From: Gemmatimonadota bacterium
Lineage (GTDB): Bacteria > Gemmatimonadota > Gemmatimonadetes > Palauibacterales > KS3-K002
Length of the DNA stretch: 34,792 bases
Reading direction: 5' to 3'
Assembly: GCA_039588075.1 (NCBI GenBank)
Contig: JBDHAL010000048.1
Coordinates: forward strand, 1 to 34,792
Position 1 is the first letter of the stretch; each line of letters opens with the position of its first letter. The translations under genes and the position numbers were made by a program. Of this stretch, positions 1 through 8,295 are shown in pieces. Under the pieces are notes generated by a model. The model saw only the letters and a list, made by a program, of their open reading frames with translations. It made no database searches and had not been told where the DNA came from.

Positions 1-520
1 CGCCAAGACCGACGAGCTCACCGGCTGCCTGTCGCGACGCTACCTCATGGAGCGGCTGGAGAACGAGCTCGAGCGCGCCGCCCGCTACGAGCGACTGCTC
101 GGCGTCGTGATGTTCGATATCGACGACTTCAAGCGCCTGAACGACACGCACGGTCATACGACGGGCGACGCGGCGCTCCGCTCCATCGGCGAGGTGCTCC
201 GGCGCTCGCTGCGCACCGCCGACTTCGTCGGCCGCTACGGCGGCGACGAATTCCTGCTGGTGCTCCCGGAGACCAGCGCCAACGGCACGCACCAGCTGGC
301 CGAGCGCATCCGCAACGGCGTCAGTCGCCGCGAGTTCGAGCTACGAGGCGGCAAACTGAAGCTGACCATCAGCGGCGGCGTCGCCGGCTTCCCCGATGCC
401 GAGGTGGTGACCCCGGAAGACCTGATCGACCGGGCCGACCAGGCACTGTACCAGTCGAAGGCGGCGGGGCGGAACAAGGTGCTTTGCCATGGGGTCGATG
501 CGCCTGTCAAATCTGAGTAG
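1..520 (+). CDS. GGDEF-domain diguanylate cyclase, C-terminal fragment; the 5' end lies upstream of the window
   Basis: The frame is open from position 2: TDELTGCLSRRYLMERLENELERA... then RYGGDEFLLVLPETS, the GG(D/E)EF active-site motif. ...QALYQSKAAGRNKV is a typical GGDEF C-terminus. Stop codon at 518-520. Confidence 0.85.
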   Translation, partial: AKTDELTGCLSRRYLMERLENELERAARYERLLGVVMFDIDDFKRLNDTHGHTTGDAALRSIGEVLRRSLRTADFVGRYGGDEFLLVLPETSANGTHQLAERIRNGVSRREFELRGGKLKLTISGGVAGFPDAEVVTPEDLIDRADQALYQSKAAGRNKVLCHGVDAPVKSE

Positions 521-752
521 CTAGACATCGGGTCGAACATCGAACATCGTTCATCGAGCATCGAACGTCGATAGCCGCGGCGCTCCGCGCCTTCGACATC
601 AAACTTCCAACTTCGAACAACGGAAACATCGGCCATTGAACTGGTAGCCTCGATGTCCGATGTTCATCTATCGATGTTCGATGTTTCCGCCGTCGGGCAG
701 TATTCTCGAAGTTCGATGCTCGATGAACAATGTTCAATGTTCACTACGATAT
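521..752. repeat. Block of TCGAACATCG / CGATGTTCGA decamer repeats in both orientations, forming an imperfect palindrome between the GGDEF gene and the S58 peptidase gene
   Basis: At least 8 copies of (T)CGAACATCG or its reverse complement are visible, e.g. gtcgaacatcgaacatcgttcatcgagcatcgaacgtcg and, on the other arm, cgatgtccgatgttcatctatcgatgttcgatgtttcc. The block is AT-richer than its surroundings. Confidence 0.6.
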
Positions 753-1698
753 GAACATCAGGCACCCCCCGAACCAGACCCTCACCACGGTGCCGGGAAT
801 CTCCGTTGGCCACGCTTCCGACCACGAAGCCGCCACCGGCTGCACGGTCGTGCTCGGTCCGTTCCGCGCCGCCGTCGACGTTCGCGGCATGGCCAGCGGC
901 ACGCGCCAGTTCGATTCGCTGGCGACCAACCACGTGGCCGAGCGTGTCGACGCGCTGCTGCTGACCGGCGGCTCCGCCTACGGACTGGCCGCAGCGGACG
1001 GAGTTGCGGCGTGGCTGGAAGAGCGGGGGCGCGGGTTCGAGACCGACGTGGCCCGTGTGGCGATCGTGCCCAGCGCGGTGATCTTCGATCTGGGGACCGG
1101 GCGGGCGGACCGGCGGCCGGACCCGGAGATGGGGCGAGCCGCCTGCGAGGCGGCCGATACGGCGCCGGTGACGGAGGGGCGGGTCGGCGTGGGGACGGGG
1201 GCAACGGTTGGCAAGCTGCTGGGTGGCGACGGAGCGATGGCGGCGGGCCTGGGGAGTTACGCGACGCGGCTGGATGAGTACGCCGTGGCGGCGCTTGTGG
1301 TGGTGAACGCCTTCGGCGACGTGCTCGATGCGGCCGGCAACATCATCGCCGGCGCCCGGGACGCCGGCGGCTCGTTCGTCGATACGGCGGCCTACCTGCG
1401 GGAGCAGGGGCCGCCGCCGCGGTTCGCGGCCCGGGCGGGCACCAACACGACCCTCGCGGTGGTGGCCACTGACTACCCCCTGTTTCGAGCCGATCTGCAG
1501 GCCGTGGCCCGCCAGGCGATGAACGCCGTGGTTCGCCACACCGCTCCCGCCAACACCCAGTTCGACGGCGACCTGGTCTTCGCCTGCTCCAGCGGCGCCG
1601 ACCCCAGCGCGGTCGCGCCGGCGCACCTCCTGCGTGTCGGTCTGTGCGCCGAATGGGCGCTGGGCCGCGCCATAGAGCGTGCCGTCGGGGTCGGCTAG
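730..1698 (+). CDS. P1 (S58, DmpA/L-aminopeptidase-like) family peptidase; the start could be ATG 730 or ATG 751
   Basis: N-terminal NQTLTTVPGISVGHASD matches the family N-terminus (ITDVPGVRVGH). AGTNTTLAVVATDYPL resembles the DmpA autoprocessing/nucleophile motif (G|S/T-N-T-T). Confidence 0.75.
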   Translation: MFNVHYDMNIRHPPNQTLTTVPGISVGHASDHEAATGCTVVLGPFRAAVDVRGMASGTRQFDSLATNHVAERVDALLLTGGSAYGLAAADGVAAWLEERGRGFETDVARVAIVPSAVIFDLGTGRADRRPDPEMGRAACEAADTAPVTEGRVGVGTGATVGKLLGGDGAMAAGLGSYATRLDEYAVAALVVVNAFGDVLDAAGNIIAGARDAGGSFVDTAAYLREQGPPPRFAARAGTNTTLAVVATDYPLFRADLQAVARQAMNAVVRHTAPANTQFDGDLVFACSSGADPSAVAPAHLLRVGLCAEWALGRAIERAVGVG

Positions 1699-1775
1699 CC
1701 TAGCGATCTCCTTGTAGGGGCACCAGATTACGTGGTTGGGGTATTTTCGGGGGACCTGACATCCGGAGGAGATGC

Positions 1776-2516
1776 TTGCGGAAGGCTGAAACCCCGAGGG
1801 TTCGCGTGTTCTTCGACATAGACGGGACGCTGCTGCTCACCGATGGGGCCGGGCGCGTCGCGATCGCCGCCGCGCTGGAGGCGGTCTTCGGGACGAGCGG
1901 CCCGCTGGATGGCTATACCTTCCATGGCAAGACCGATCCGCAGATCGTGGTCGAGTTGATGGGGGCCGCCGGCCTCGACGAACGGGATGTCCGGGCGCGG
2001 CTGCCGGAGGTGTGGCCGGTCTATCTGGAGAGCCTGGAGCGCGGGCTGGAGGTTCGGCGCCGCGAGGGCCGGATCACGGTGCTGCCGGGGATCGCGGCCC
2101 TGCTGGCGGCGCTGGAGGAGAGGCGCGGGGTCTCGCTGGGCCTGTTGACCGGGAACATCGAGCCTGGCGCCAGGCTCAAGTTGGCCGCGGCCGGTGTGCC
2201 GTGGAAGTTCGACGTCGGTGGGTACGGTTCCGACTCCGAGCTACGCTCCGAGGTCGCCCGCACCGCGGTGTCGCGGTGCCGGGAGTCGGCGGGCGAGCCG
2301 GCGGAAGTTGTCGTCGTTGGAGATACGCCGGAGGACGTGGCCTGCGCCCGGGCGGTGAACGCCCGCGCCGTGGCGGTGGCGACGGGCCGGCACGGGGTGG
2401 CTGAGCTGGAGCAGGCGGGAGCGGATGCCGTGTTCGAGGATTTCAGCGACACTGAGGCGGCTCTGCACTGCATACTGTCGCTGGCGGGTGCGGCGGGGAA
2501 CGGCGGGGGGCGATGA
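1776..2516 (+). CDS. HAD-superfamily hydrolase (phosphoglycolate-phosphatase-like)
   Basis: TTG start at 1776, 6 nt after GGAGGA. Motif I is FFDIDGTLL (DxDGT). A C-terminal VVVGDTPEDV corresponds to motif IV (GD). The stop overlaps the next start (ATGA). Confidence 0.8.
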   Translation: MRKAETPRVRVFFDIDGTLLLTDGAGRVAIAAALEAVFGTSGPLDGYTFHGKTDPQIVVELMGAAGLDERDVRARLPEVWPVYLESLERGLEVRRREGRITVLPGIAALLAALEERRGVSLGLLTGNIEPGARLKLAAAGVPWKFDVGGYGSDSELRSEVARTAVSRCRESAGEPAEVVVVGDTPEDVACARAVNARAVAVATGRHGVAELEQAGADAVFEDFSDTEAALHCILSLAGAAGNGGGR

Positions 2517-3958
2517 GCTACGAGGGCAGCTTCGACGTTGTGATCGAGGGGGTCGGCGCCGAGCGCGGCGCCAAGGTGATGGCGGCCCGCGAGGGGCTCT
2601 ACATCAACAAGCAGCAGATTCCGTACTCGACTCTGTTGGGTGTGGCGCTGCGCGGCTCCATCTTGCTGGTCGTCGGGACCCAGGTGGCCCTCGCCTTGAG
2701 AGGCGAACACGAGGGCCTGGCGACCCTGGCGGCCGAGCTGAGGAATCGGGCCGACCTCGATCACCTGGCGCTCTCGGACCGCCAGGCGCTCGAGGGCGAG
2801 CGTGTCGTCTTCGCTACCCCGGTCGCCATGTCCGGCCTGGTCGAGATGGAGCGCTTCAAGGGCATGGCCCTGGCCGTCGTCACCGACTCGGCACTCCATG
2901 TCTTCGAGCGCGGCGGCCGCCACTTCCGCATCGCTTGGGACCGCGTCAACAAGGTCGACGTCACCAGGGCCAAGTTCGGTCGCCTGCTGCGAATCGGCAG
3001 CGGAGCCACGCAGCTCGAGTTCCTCTACCTGACCGACGCTCAGATCCAGACGATCCGCGGCCTGGCCTCGCGTCACTCGAGCGCCGTGCTCGGCGTCGCC
3101 GCCGAAAGCGCGCAATCGGCCGCGTCGGCGCCCGCTCCGGCTGCGGCCGCCGGCGCCGTGCCCGACGTCGGCCAGGTCGACGACCTGGCGCGCCGCTTCG
3201 TCATCCCCGAGTTCGAGGCCTCGCTCGGCGCCGTCGGCAGCGGCTCCGACCGGCCGCTCGGCGCCGCCATCGACAAGCTCCAGATGTCGTCGCTGTTGCC
3301 CGTCGGATTCCTCGAGGAACACCTTCGCGAGCTGCGCAACATCTACGACGGGTCGCTACTCAGGGCGAAGCGCGAGGCTGCCTCCGCCACGGAGCTCTAC
3401 ATTGCCGCCGACTCGCTCGAGGGCAAGAAGCTGTGGGAAGACACCCTCGAGGGTGTCGGCGTCATCGCAGACGCCTCGGTGCGCGCATTCGAGCGGCAGG
3501 CGCGCCGCGTCGCCGCGAACCGCCGCATCCCTTGGCGCAAGGCGCGCAAGCGGTTCATGCCGTCGCAGAAGGAGGCCGCCGCCCTCAAACAGAGGCTCAC
3601 CCGCGGCGTCTCGCAGATGGAAAAGACCCTGACCTCCGTGTCGCAGGCCGCCGCCCAGCTGCGGCCTGCCGGCCTGGCCGGCCACGACGAGCTCAAGATG
3701 GCCTACGACGGCTGGCAGGAGTCGCTGCGCGAGCTCGACCAGGCCTATGCCACCGGCTGGAACGGCCTGAGCCGCGAGGTGGTCGGCGTCTGGCAGGACG
3801 CTTTCCTCACCAAGCTCACCCGGCTCGGCGGCGAGCGCAGGCGGTTGCTGCCGCGACCGGTCAAGGTCGGGCTCTACTTTTTGGTGTTTATCATCGTGAT
3901 GTTCGTGGTGTACCTCTACCTCACGGACCAGTTGACGCAAATAATCCAGTTCGAGTGA
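2513..3958 (+). CDS. Hypothetical tail-anchored protein of 481 aa with a C-terminal transmembrane helix; function unknown
   Basis: Amino-acid composition is ordinary, unlike the Arg-rich alternative frames covering the same DNA. It ends with a single hydrophobic helix, LYFLVFIIVMFVVYLYLT. Its start is coupled to the HAD gene by an ATGA overlap. Confidence 0.65.
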   Translation: MSYEGSFDVVIEGVGAERGAKVMAAREGLYINKQQIPYSTLLGVALRGSILLVVGTQVALALRGEHEGLATLAAELRNRADLDHLALSDRQALEGERVVFATPVAMSGLVEMERFKGMALAVVTDSALHVFERGGRHFRIAWDRVNKVDVTRAKFGRLLRIGSGATQLEFLYLTDAQIQTIRGLASRHSSAVLGVAAESAQSAASAPAPAAAAGAVPDVGQVDDLARRFVIPEFEASLGAVGSGSDRPLGAAIDKLQMSSLLPVGFLEEHLRELRNIYDGSLLRAKREAASATELYIAADSLEGKKLWEDTLEGVGVIADASVRAFERQARRVAANRRIPWRKARKRFMPSQKEAAALKQRLTRGVSQMEKTLTSVSQAAAQLRPAGLAGHDELKMAYDGWQESLRELDQAYATGWNGLSREVVGVWQDAFLTKLTRLGGERRRLLPRPVKVGLYFLVFIIVMFVVYLYLTDQLTQIIQFE

Positions 3959-3990
3959 TCGGGTACACGAACCCAGGAGGTTGATGTCGA

Positions 3991-4672
3991 ATGGCTAGTT
4001 CACAAGGAAAGTTCTACGCCCTGCTTGGCGCGGTTCTCGTCGCCGGGGTGGCGCTGATCGGATACGTCGCCGTGAACAAGAACAGGCGAGCGGTAGCCGA
4101 TGCCGCCGAGACGGCGGCGGCGCTTCCCGCCATGCTCGCCGAGGGCGAGTTGGTCGGTGAAGACGTTGGGGTCGCCATGGGGCCGGAAGACGCGCCCGTG
4201 ATCATCCACGAGTACGCCGATTACCAGTGCCCCTACTGCGGTATGGTCGCCACCCTGACCCTGCCGCAGATCTTCGAGGAATACGTGCAGACCGGAAAGG
4301 CCCGCTTCGTCTTCTTCGATTACCCGCTCAATCCCGGCGCCTCCGAGATCGGTGCCGAGGCCGCCCGCTGTGCCATCGACCAGGACGCCTTCTGGGCGAT
4401 GCAGAAGGTGCTGTTCGGCCGCATGCAGGAGTGGGGGACCAAGCCGCGAGTACGCCGACGCCCTGGGGCTCGACGGCGGCGCGCTGCTCGAGTGCATGGA
4501 CTCGCACAAGTACCGCGATGTAGTGATGGCGAGCCAGCTGCGGGCGCGGCAGCTCGGCCTCAACAGCACGCCGACCTTCTTCATCAACGGACAGCTCGTG
4601 CCGGGGGCCAAGAGCTACGACCAGATGAAGGCGATCATCGACGAGGAGCTGGCCAAGGTTGAATCGCCGTAG
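3991..4672 (+). CDS. DsbA-like thioredoxin-fold thiol:disulfide oxidoreductase; the frame is interrupted by an apparent 1-nt frameshift near 4432-4441 (pseudogene or homopolymer error)
   Basis: N-terminal signal anchor, then DYQCPYCGMV (CPYC active site). The DsbA-like C-terminus EYADALGLDGG...NSTPTFFINGQLVPGAKSYDQMKAIIDEELAKV continues in the +1 frame (track ORF 4352..4672). The junction lies at gtgggggacc; deleting one G restores ...QEWGPSREYADALGLD. RBS AGGAGG lies 10 nt upstream of ATG 3991. Confidence 0.75.
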
Positions 4673-5123
4673 AGCTATCGCCGTACTCGCCCTGCTGGGC
4701 GTTCTCGACTCGGCCTACCTGCTGCTGGCCAAGCTCGGATACATCGGCGGCCTCGCCTGCGGGATCTCGCACGGCTGCGACACCGTCAATGCTTCCGTCT
4801 ACTCGCAGTTCCTGGGGCTGCCGGTGGCAGGTATCGGACTGCTCGGCTACCTGGTGCTGCTCGCCCTCGCGATAGTCGGCACGCAGCCGCACTACGTCGA
4901 GGATCGGCGAATCGACAAGTTGATCGCTACGCTCTCAGGTTTTGCGGTCGCCTTCACGCTATATCTGACGTACGCCGAGCTGTTCATCCTGCGGGCCGTT
5001 TGCCAGTGGTGCGTCATATCACAGATAGCGATACTGGCCATATTCGGCCTGGCGGTGTGGGGGCTTTTGCAGGCGGGGAGAAAGGATTCGACATCGGTCA
5101 GCGGTCAGTCGGGGCTCGACTAG
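4659..5123 (+). CDS. Vitamin K epoxide reductase (VKOR) family membrane protein, a DsbB-like partner for DsbA
   Basis: Loop cysteine pair CGISHGC followed by S.Y..FLGLPVAGIGLLGY. TYA motif and CQWC (CxxC) sit in a transmembrane helix. The start overlaps the DsbA stop. The last ~12 codons are encoded by palindromic repeat copy A. Confidence 0.8.
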   Translation: MNRRRAIAVLALLGVLDSAYLLLAKLGYIGGLACGISHGCDTVNASVYSQFLGLPVAGIGLLGYLVLLALAIVGTQPHYVEDRRIDKLIATLSGFAVAFTLYLTYAELFILRAVCQWCVISQIAILAIFGLAVWGLLQAGRKDSTSVSGQSGLD

Positions 5124-5264
5124 CGGCGAAAGAGGCAACTATCAACCTCCCACCGCGGCTGCGCGACATCGGACGGTTGTAGGACGTAGGACGTGGGGCG
5201 TTGGACGTCGAGCGACGCCTCTTTCGCCCGCCGTCGAGCCCCGGCTGACCGCTGTCCGATGTCC
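5089..5264. repeat. Palindromic MITE-like element, copy A, about 176 bp
   Basis: ...gacatcggtcagcggtcagtcggggctcgactagcggcgaaagaggc...gcctctttcgcccgccgtcgagccccggctgaccgctgtccgatgtcc. The left and right arms are reverse complements (stem about 45 bp). It is nearly identical to copy B at 8121-8289. Confidence 0.85.
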
Positions 5265-5292
5265 AAAAAAAAAGAGCGGGCAAGCCCGCTCT
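5265..5292 (-). terminator. Rho-independent terminator for the minus-strand sigma factor gene; the hairpin may also act bidirectionally
   Basis: aaaaaaaaagagcgggcaagcccgctctctt: on the minus strand this reads as a GC hairpin (gagcgggc...gcccgctc) followed by a T9 run, immediately downstream of the stop at 5302. Confidence 0.7.
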
Positions 5293-5301
5293 CTTCTATC
5301 A

Positions 5302-6168
5302 TCAGGAAGGCGCCCAAAATCCTTCAAGCGCCTGCCCGTCAGGCGATTGGCGTAGCTTCTCGAAGGCACGATTGCGAATCTGCCGGATCCGCTCCCGCGT
5401 CACCCCCAACAACGACCCGATCTCCTCCAGCGTCATCTCTTCGCCGTCGTCCAGCCCGTAGTAGAGGACGAGGATCTTGCGCTCGCGCTCCGTCAGGTAC
5501 TTTCGGAACATCTCCTGGAGAAAGTGCCGCCGCGCCTGGAACTCGACCTCGTCCTGGATGTCGTCGGTCTCCATGCCGGAGAACCGCTCGCCGAACGAGG
5601 CGCTGTCCCGGTCGGTCCGATCCAGCGGCGCGTCGAGGCTCAGCTCGGCCGAGGCCACGCGACGCAGCGCCCGGATCGTCTGCACCGGCTCGCCCATGCG
5701 GTCTGCGATCTCGCGATCCGTCGGCGTCCGGCCCAGCTGCTGCGTCAGCGCCGTCTCCGTACGCGACAGCTTCACCAGGTTCGAGTTCTGGTTCAGCGGG
5801 ATCCGTACCGACCGCGTCTGTTCCGCCAGCGCCTGCAGCACCGTCTGCCGGATCCACCAGACCGCGTAGGAGATGAACTTCACTCCCTTATCGGGATCGA
5901 ATTTCTTGACCGCCTTGAGCAGGCCCTCGTTTCCGATGCAGACCAGCTCGGCCAGGTTCAGGCCTCGACCCTGATACTTCTTAACGTACGAGATCACGAA
6001 TCGAAGGTTCGCCGTCACCAGCCGCTCGGCTGACTTGCGGTCGCCGGCACGTGCCTTACGGGCGATCTCTCGCTCCGTCGCGGCGTTTTCGATTAGGGGG
6101 TACTTCTCGACGTCGTGAAGGTACTGGTCGAAGGAGTCTAAGGCCTTTGAGCTGAAGAACATGCCCAC
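5302..6168 (-). CDS. RNA polymerase sigma-70 family factor (group 2/3, RpoS/RpoH-like size, 288 aa)
   Basis: Region 1.2 YLHDVEKYPLI. Region 2 ERLVTANLRFVISYVKKYQGRGLNLAELVCIGNEGLLKAVKKFDPDKGVKFISYAVWWIRQ. Region 4 MTLEEIGSLLGVTRERIRQIRNRAFEKLR. Confidence 0.9.
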   Translation of the reverse strand: MGMFFSSKALDSFDQYLHDVEKYPLIENAATEREIARKARAGDRKSAERLVTANLRFVISYVKKYQGRGLNLAELVCIGNEGLLKAVKKFDPDKGVKFISYAVWWIRQTVLQALAEQTRSVRIPLNQNSNLVKLSRTETALTQQLGRTPTDREIADRMGEPVQTIRALRRVASAELSLDAPLDRTDRDSASFGERFSGMETDDIQDEVEFQARRHFLQEMFRKYLTERERKILVLYYGLDDGEEMTLEEIGSLLGVTRERIRQIRNRAFEKLRQSPDGQALEGFWAPS

Positions 6169-6490
6169 TTCCGCTCTGACTCAGGGTTAAGTATCTAACG
6201 ACTAAAAAAGCGAGATCCGATGTACGGTCCCGCCCGAGATGTACCGATACGTCCGGGCGCCTCCCTCCGCGCCGACCAGCCCGCCCCTAGCGATACCAGT
6301 GGCGGAAACGGACACCCTCAAGACGTAGCTTTGCAAGACCGTCAAGTATAAAACGCTACCCCCGATTCGTAAAGCCCGAAGAAAGTGCGAATCGCATGGC
6401 CATGCGGACAACCGGCTCGGTTCTCGGCTCCTGTTTTGACAACATACTATTCGGTACCCCGGCCAGTTCACCGGATCCCGCCCGCTCCGA

Positions 6491-7456
6491 TCAGTCGGAG
6501 TCCCGCAAGGCTGCCAGAATGGCGGGCCCCGAAGGAGAGTCGGGCCCCAGGCAGAGGGCGTAGGGCGCCGCCGCTTCGACCTCGACGGTCTCCACGATGG
6601 CCCCGTGGTCGGCGTCGCCGGAGGCGCGTCCGAGCGGGATGAGCCGTGTACGGAAGCCGCGTTTGTGGGCGAAGAGGGGCATGCGCTCGGAAGCGACGAC
6701 GAGGCGGCCTCGGAGGTAGGGCCAGCCGGGACCGAGGCGGGCCAGGGTGACGCGGGCGGAACGCGCGGCGCCGATGGAATCGCCCAGCTCCCGTTCGATG
6801 AGGCGGCGCGTTGCGCCGCGGAGGGCGTCGGGCGACTCCCAGCGGTGGAAGCGGCCCGCCCGGGTCAGGGCGGCATAGATGGCCGAAAGGAGCAGGAAAG
6901 CTGCGCCCCAGAGTCTCGGAGTCCAGGGCAACGGGGCCAGGACGAGGACGGCGGCGATGGAGGCGGCGAAGGGCGGGGCCGTCCATGCGAGGCCTGCGAG
7001 GCCGGCCGCCGTGAGGATCTGGATGGCGGTGAGACCGTGGAGCGCCGGGACCGGTCCTGCGGTTCGCCGGGCCGTGCGGACCGCCATGACCGAGACGTGG
7101 ACCAGCGCTGCCAAGCCGAGCGCCGCCAGCGCTCCGAACCACTGGATGTCCCTGGGCCCGGCGGCCAGGACGGCCGAAGCCAGAAGCGCCGCGGCCAGCG
7201 GGCGCGCCAGGGTGTGCAGTGCCGTCCAGACCAGGTCGCCGATTCGATAGCGACCGCAGGCCAGGTCGACCAGGGCCAGGGCGATGAGGGTGCTCCAGAC
7301 CAGCGGGACGGCCAGGCCCGAGATCGGTACGGGTAGCTCGATGAGCCCCAGGTAGGCCAGGATCCCCGGCACGGCCAGCGCGGCGTACAAACTGAGGCCG
7401 ATAGCGACGGCCATCGCGGCAAGGGTCAGGGCCGTTTCCAGCAAGTCGGGGCTCAC
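6491..7456 (-). CDS. Polytopic membrane protein of unknown function; probable GTG start at 7456 with a GGAGA RBS
   Basis: About 8 Ala/Leu-rich hydrophobic segments (LTLAAMAVAIGLSLYAALAVPGILAYLGL...). Only 2 Cys, so not DsbB/VKOR-like. The long Arg-rich N-extension back to 7546 is probably not translated. Confidence 0.55.
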   Translation of the reverse strand: MSPDLLETALTLAAMAVAIGLSLYAALAVPGILAYLGLIELPVPISGLAVPLVWSTLIALALVDLACGRYRIGDLVWTALHTLARPLAAALLASAVLAAGPRDIQWFGALAALGLAALVHVSVMAVRTARRTAGPVPALHGLTAIQILTAAGLAGLAWTAPPFAASIAAVLVLAPLPWTPRLWGAAFLLLSAIYAALTRAGRFHRWESPDALRGATRRLIERELGDSIGAARSARVTLARLGPGWPYLRGRLVVASERMPLFAHKRGFRTRLIPLGRASGDADHGAIVETVEVEAAAPYALCLGPDSPSGPAILAALRDSD

Positions 7457-7466
7457 TTTGTCTCCG

Positions 7467-8066
7467 TTAGCCGCCGCCGGCCTCGAGCGCCGCCAGTATC
7501 TGCCTCCGAAGCTCCTCGTAGGAGGCGGCCCCGGTGATCGATTCACCGCCCAGCACCACCGTCGGCGTCCCCGTCGCCCCGAAACCCAGCGCCTCGCGCA
7601 GGTCGGTCTCGATCACCCGGTGCGTCTCCTGCGAGCCCATGCAGTCGGCGAACCGCTCAGGATCCATGCCCAGGTTCGCCGCATAATCGTACCACAGAGC
7701 CTCCGGCACTTCCGTGCCGGCCCATTCCGGCTGCCTAACGTAGATGTAGTCGTGAAACGACCAGAACCGGCCCGCCTGGCCCGCGCAGTGTGCGGCCTTC
7801 GCCGCCGCTACCGCGTTCTTGTGCAGCCCGGCGAGCGGAAAGTACACGTAGCGTATCCTCAGCAGCCCCGGATCCACGAACTCCGCGATGACCGCCGGCA
7901 GCGCCACCAGCGCCAGGTTGCGGCAGTAGGGACACTCGAAATCAGAGTAGATTGACATCTCGACGGGAGCGTCGGGCGAGCCGAGGATGCGGTAATCCGG
8001 ATCCTGTGCCGTTACTTCTGAACTTAGAAGTAATGCTGCTGTGAGCGTTAAGAGCTTTATGTGCAT
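7467..8066 (-). CDS. DsbA-like thioredoxin-fold oxidoreductase, paralogue 2, with a signal peptide; alternative start at 8081
   Basis: MHIKLLTLTAALLLSSEVTAQ signal peptide. SDFECPYCRNLALVALP carries a CPYC motif. The C-terminal half aligns with DsbA-like copy 1 (FWSFHDY..EW.GTEVPE..YA..LG.D...GTPTVVLGG). The track ORF's N-terminal extension runs through repeat B and is rejected. Confidence 0.75.
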   Translation of the reverse strand: MHIKLLTLTAALLLSSEVTAQDPDYRILGSPDAPVEMSIYSDFECPYCRNLALVALPAVIAEFVDPGLLRIRYVYFPLAGLHKNAVAAAKAAHCAGQAGRFWSFHDYIYVRQPEWAGTEVPEALWYDYAANLGMDPERFADCMGSQETHRVIETDLREALGFGATGTPTVVLGGESITGAASYEELRRQILAALEAGGG

Positions 8067-8120
8067 GCGGTGGTGTAGCATTCTGGCGGTTTTTGTGCAA
8101 GTGCTTGATTTGGGGGATTT

Positions 8121-8289
8121 GGACATCGGACAGCGGTCAGCCGGGGCTCGACTAGCGGCGGAGGAGGAAGCTATCAACTGCCGACTGCGGACGCGTGACA
8201 TCGGACGATCGTACGATGTAGGTCGTTGGGCGTCGAGCGACGCCTCCTTCGCCCGCCGTCGAGCCCCGGCTGACCGCTGTCCGATGTCC
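8121..8289. repeat. Palindromic MITE-like element, copy B, about 169 bp
   Basis: ggacatcggacagcggtcagccggggctcgactagcggcg...cgccgtcgagccccggctgaccgctgtccgatgtcc. Same orientation and subfamily as copy A. Confidence 0.85.
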
Positions 8290-8295
8290 AAATTC

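Noticed and set aside
2425-3984. 519-aa plus-strand ORF that is extremely rich in Arg, Gly and Pro
   Set aside because: This is a typical alternative-frame artefact of high-GC DNA. It overlaps the compositionally normal 2513..3958 frame and shows no motifs. The same reasoning rejects 2021..3322(-), 782..1204(-), 664..1626(-), 6468..7142(-), 6605..7336(+), 9059..9832(-), 10043..10636(-), 22698..23432(-), 22913..25849(+), 25131..26066(-), 29094..29858(+) and similar ORFs.
5000-5317. Small ORFs (60-75 aa) across repeat copy A, whose 'peptides' recur (LDIGQRSAGARRRAKEAS...) in the N-terminus of track ORF 7467..8342
   Set aside because: The shared peptide sequence is simply the translation of the palindromic repeat element (copies A and B). 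There are no RBSs, and the ORFs run through an obvious hairpin. They are treated as non-coding repeat sequence.
6202-6471. 89-aa ORF in the 320-bp intergenic region upstream of the sigma factor gene, considered as a possible anti-sigma factor or small protein
   Set aside because: It has no RBS, shows odd composition, and lies antisense to the expected sigma promoter or leader region. No motif supports it. The region is left as an unannotated leader or promoter.
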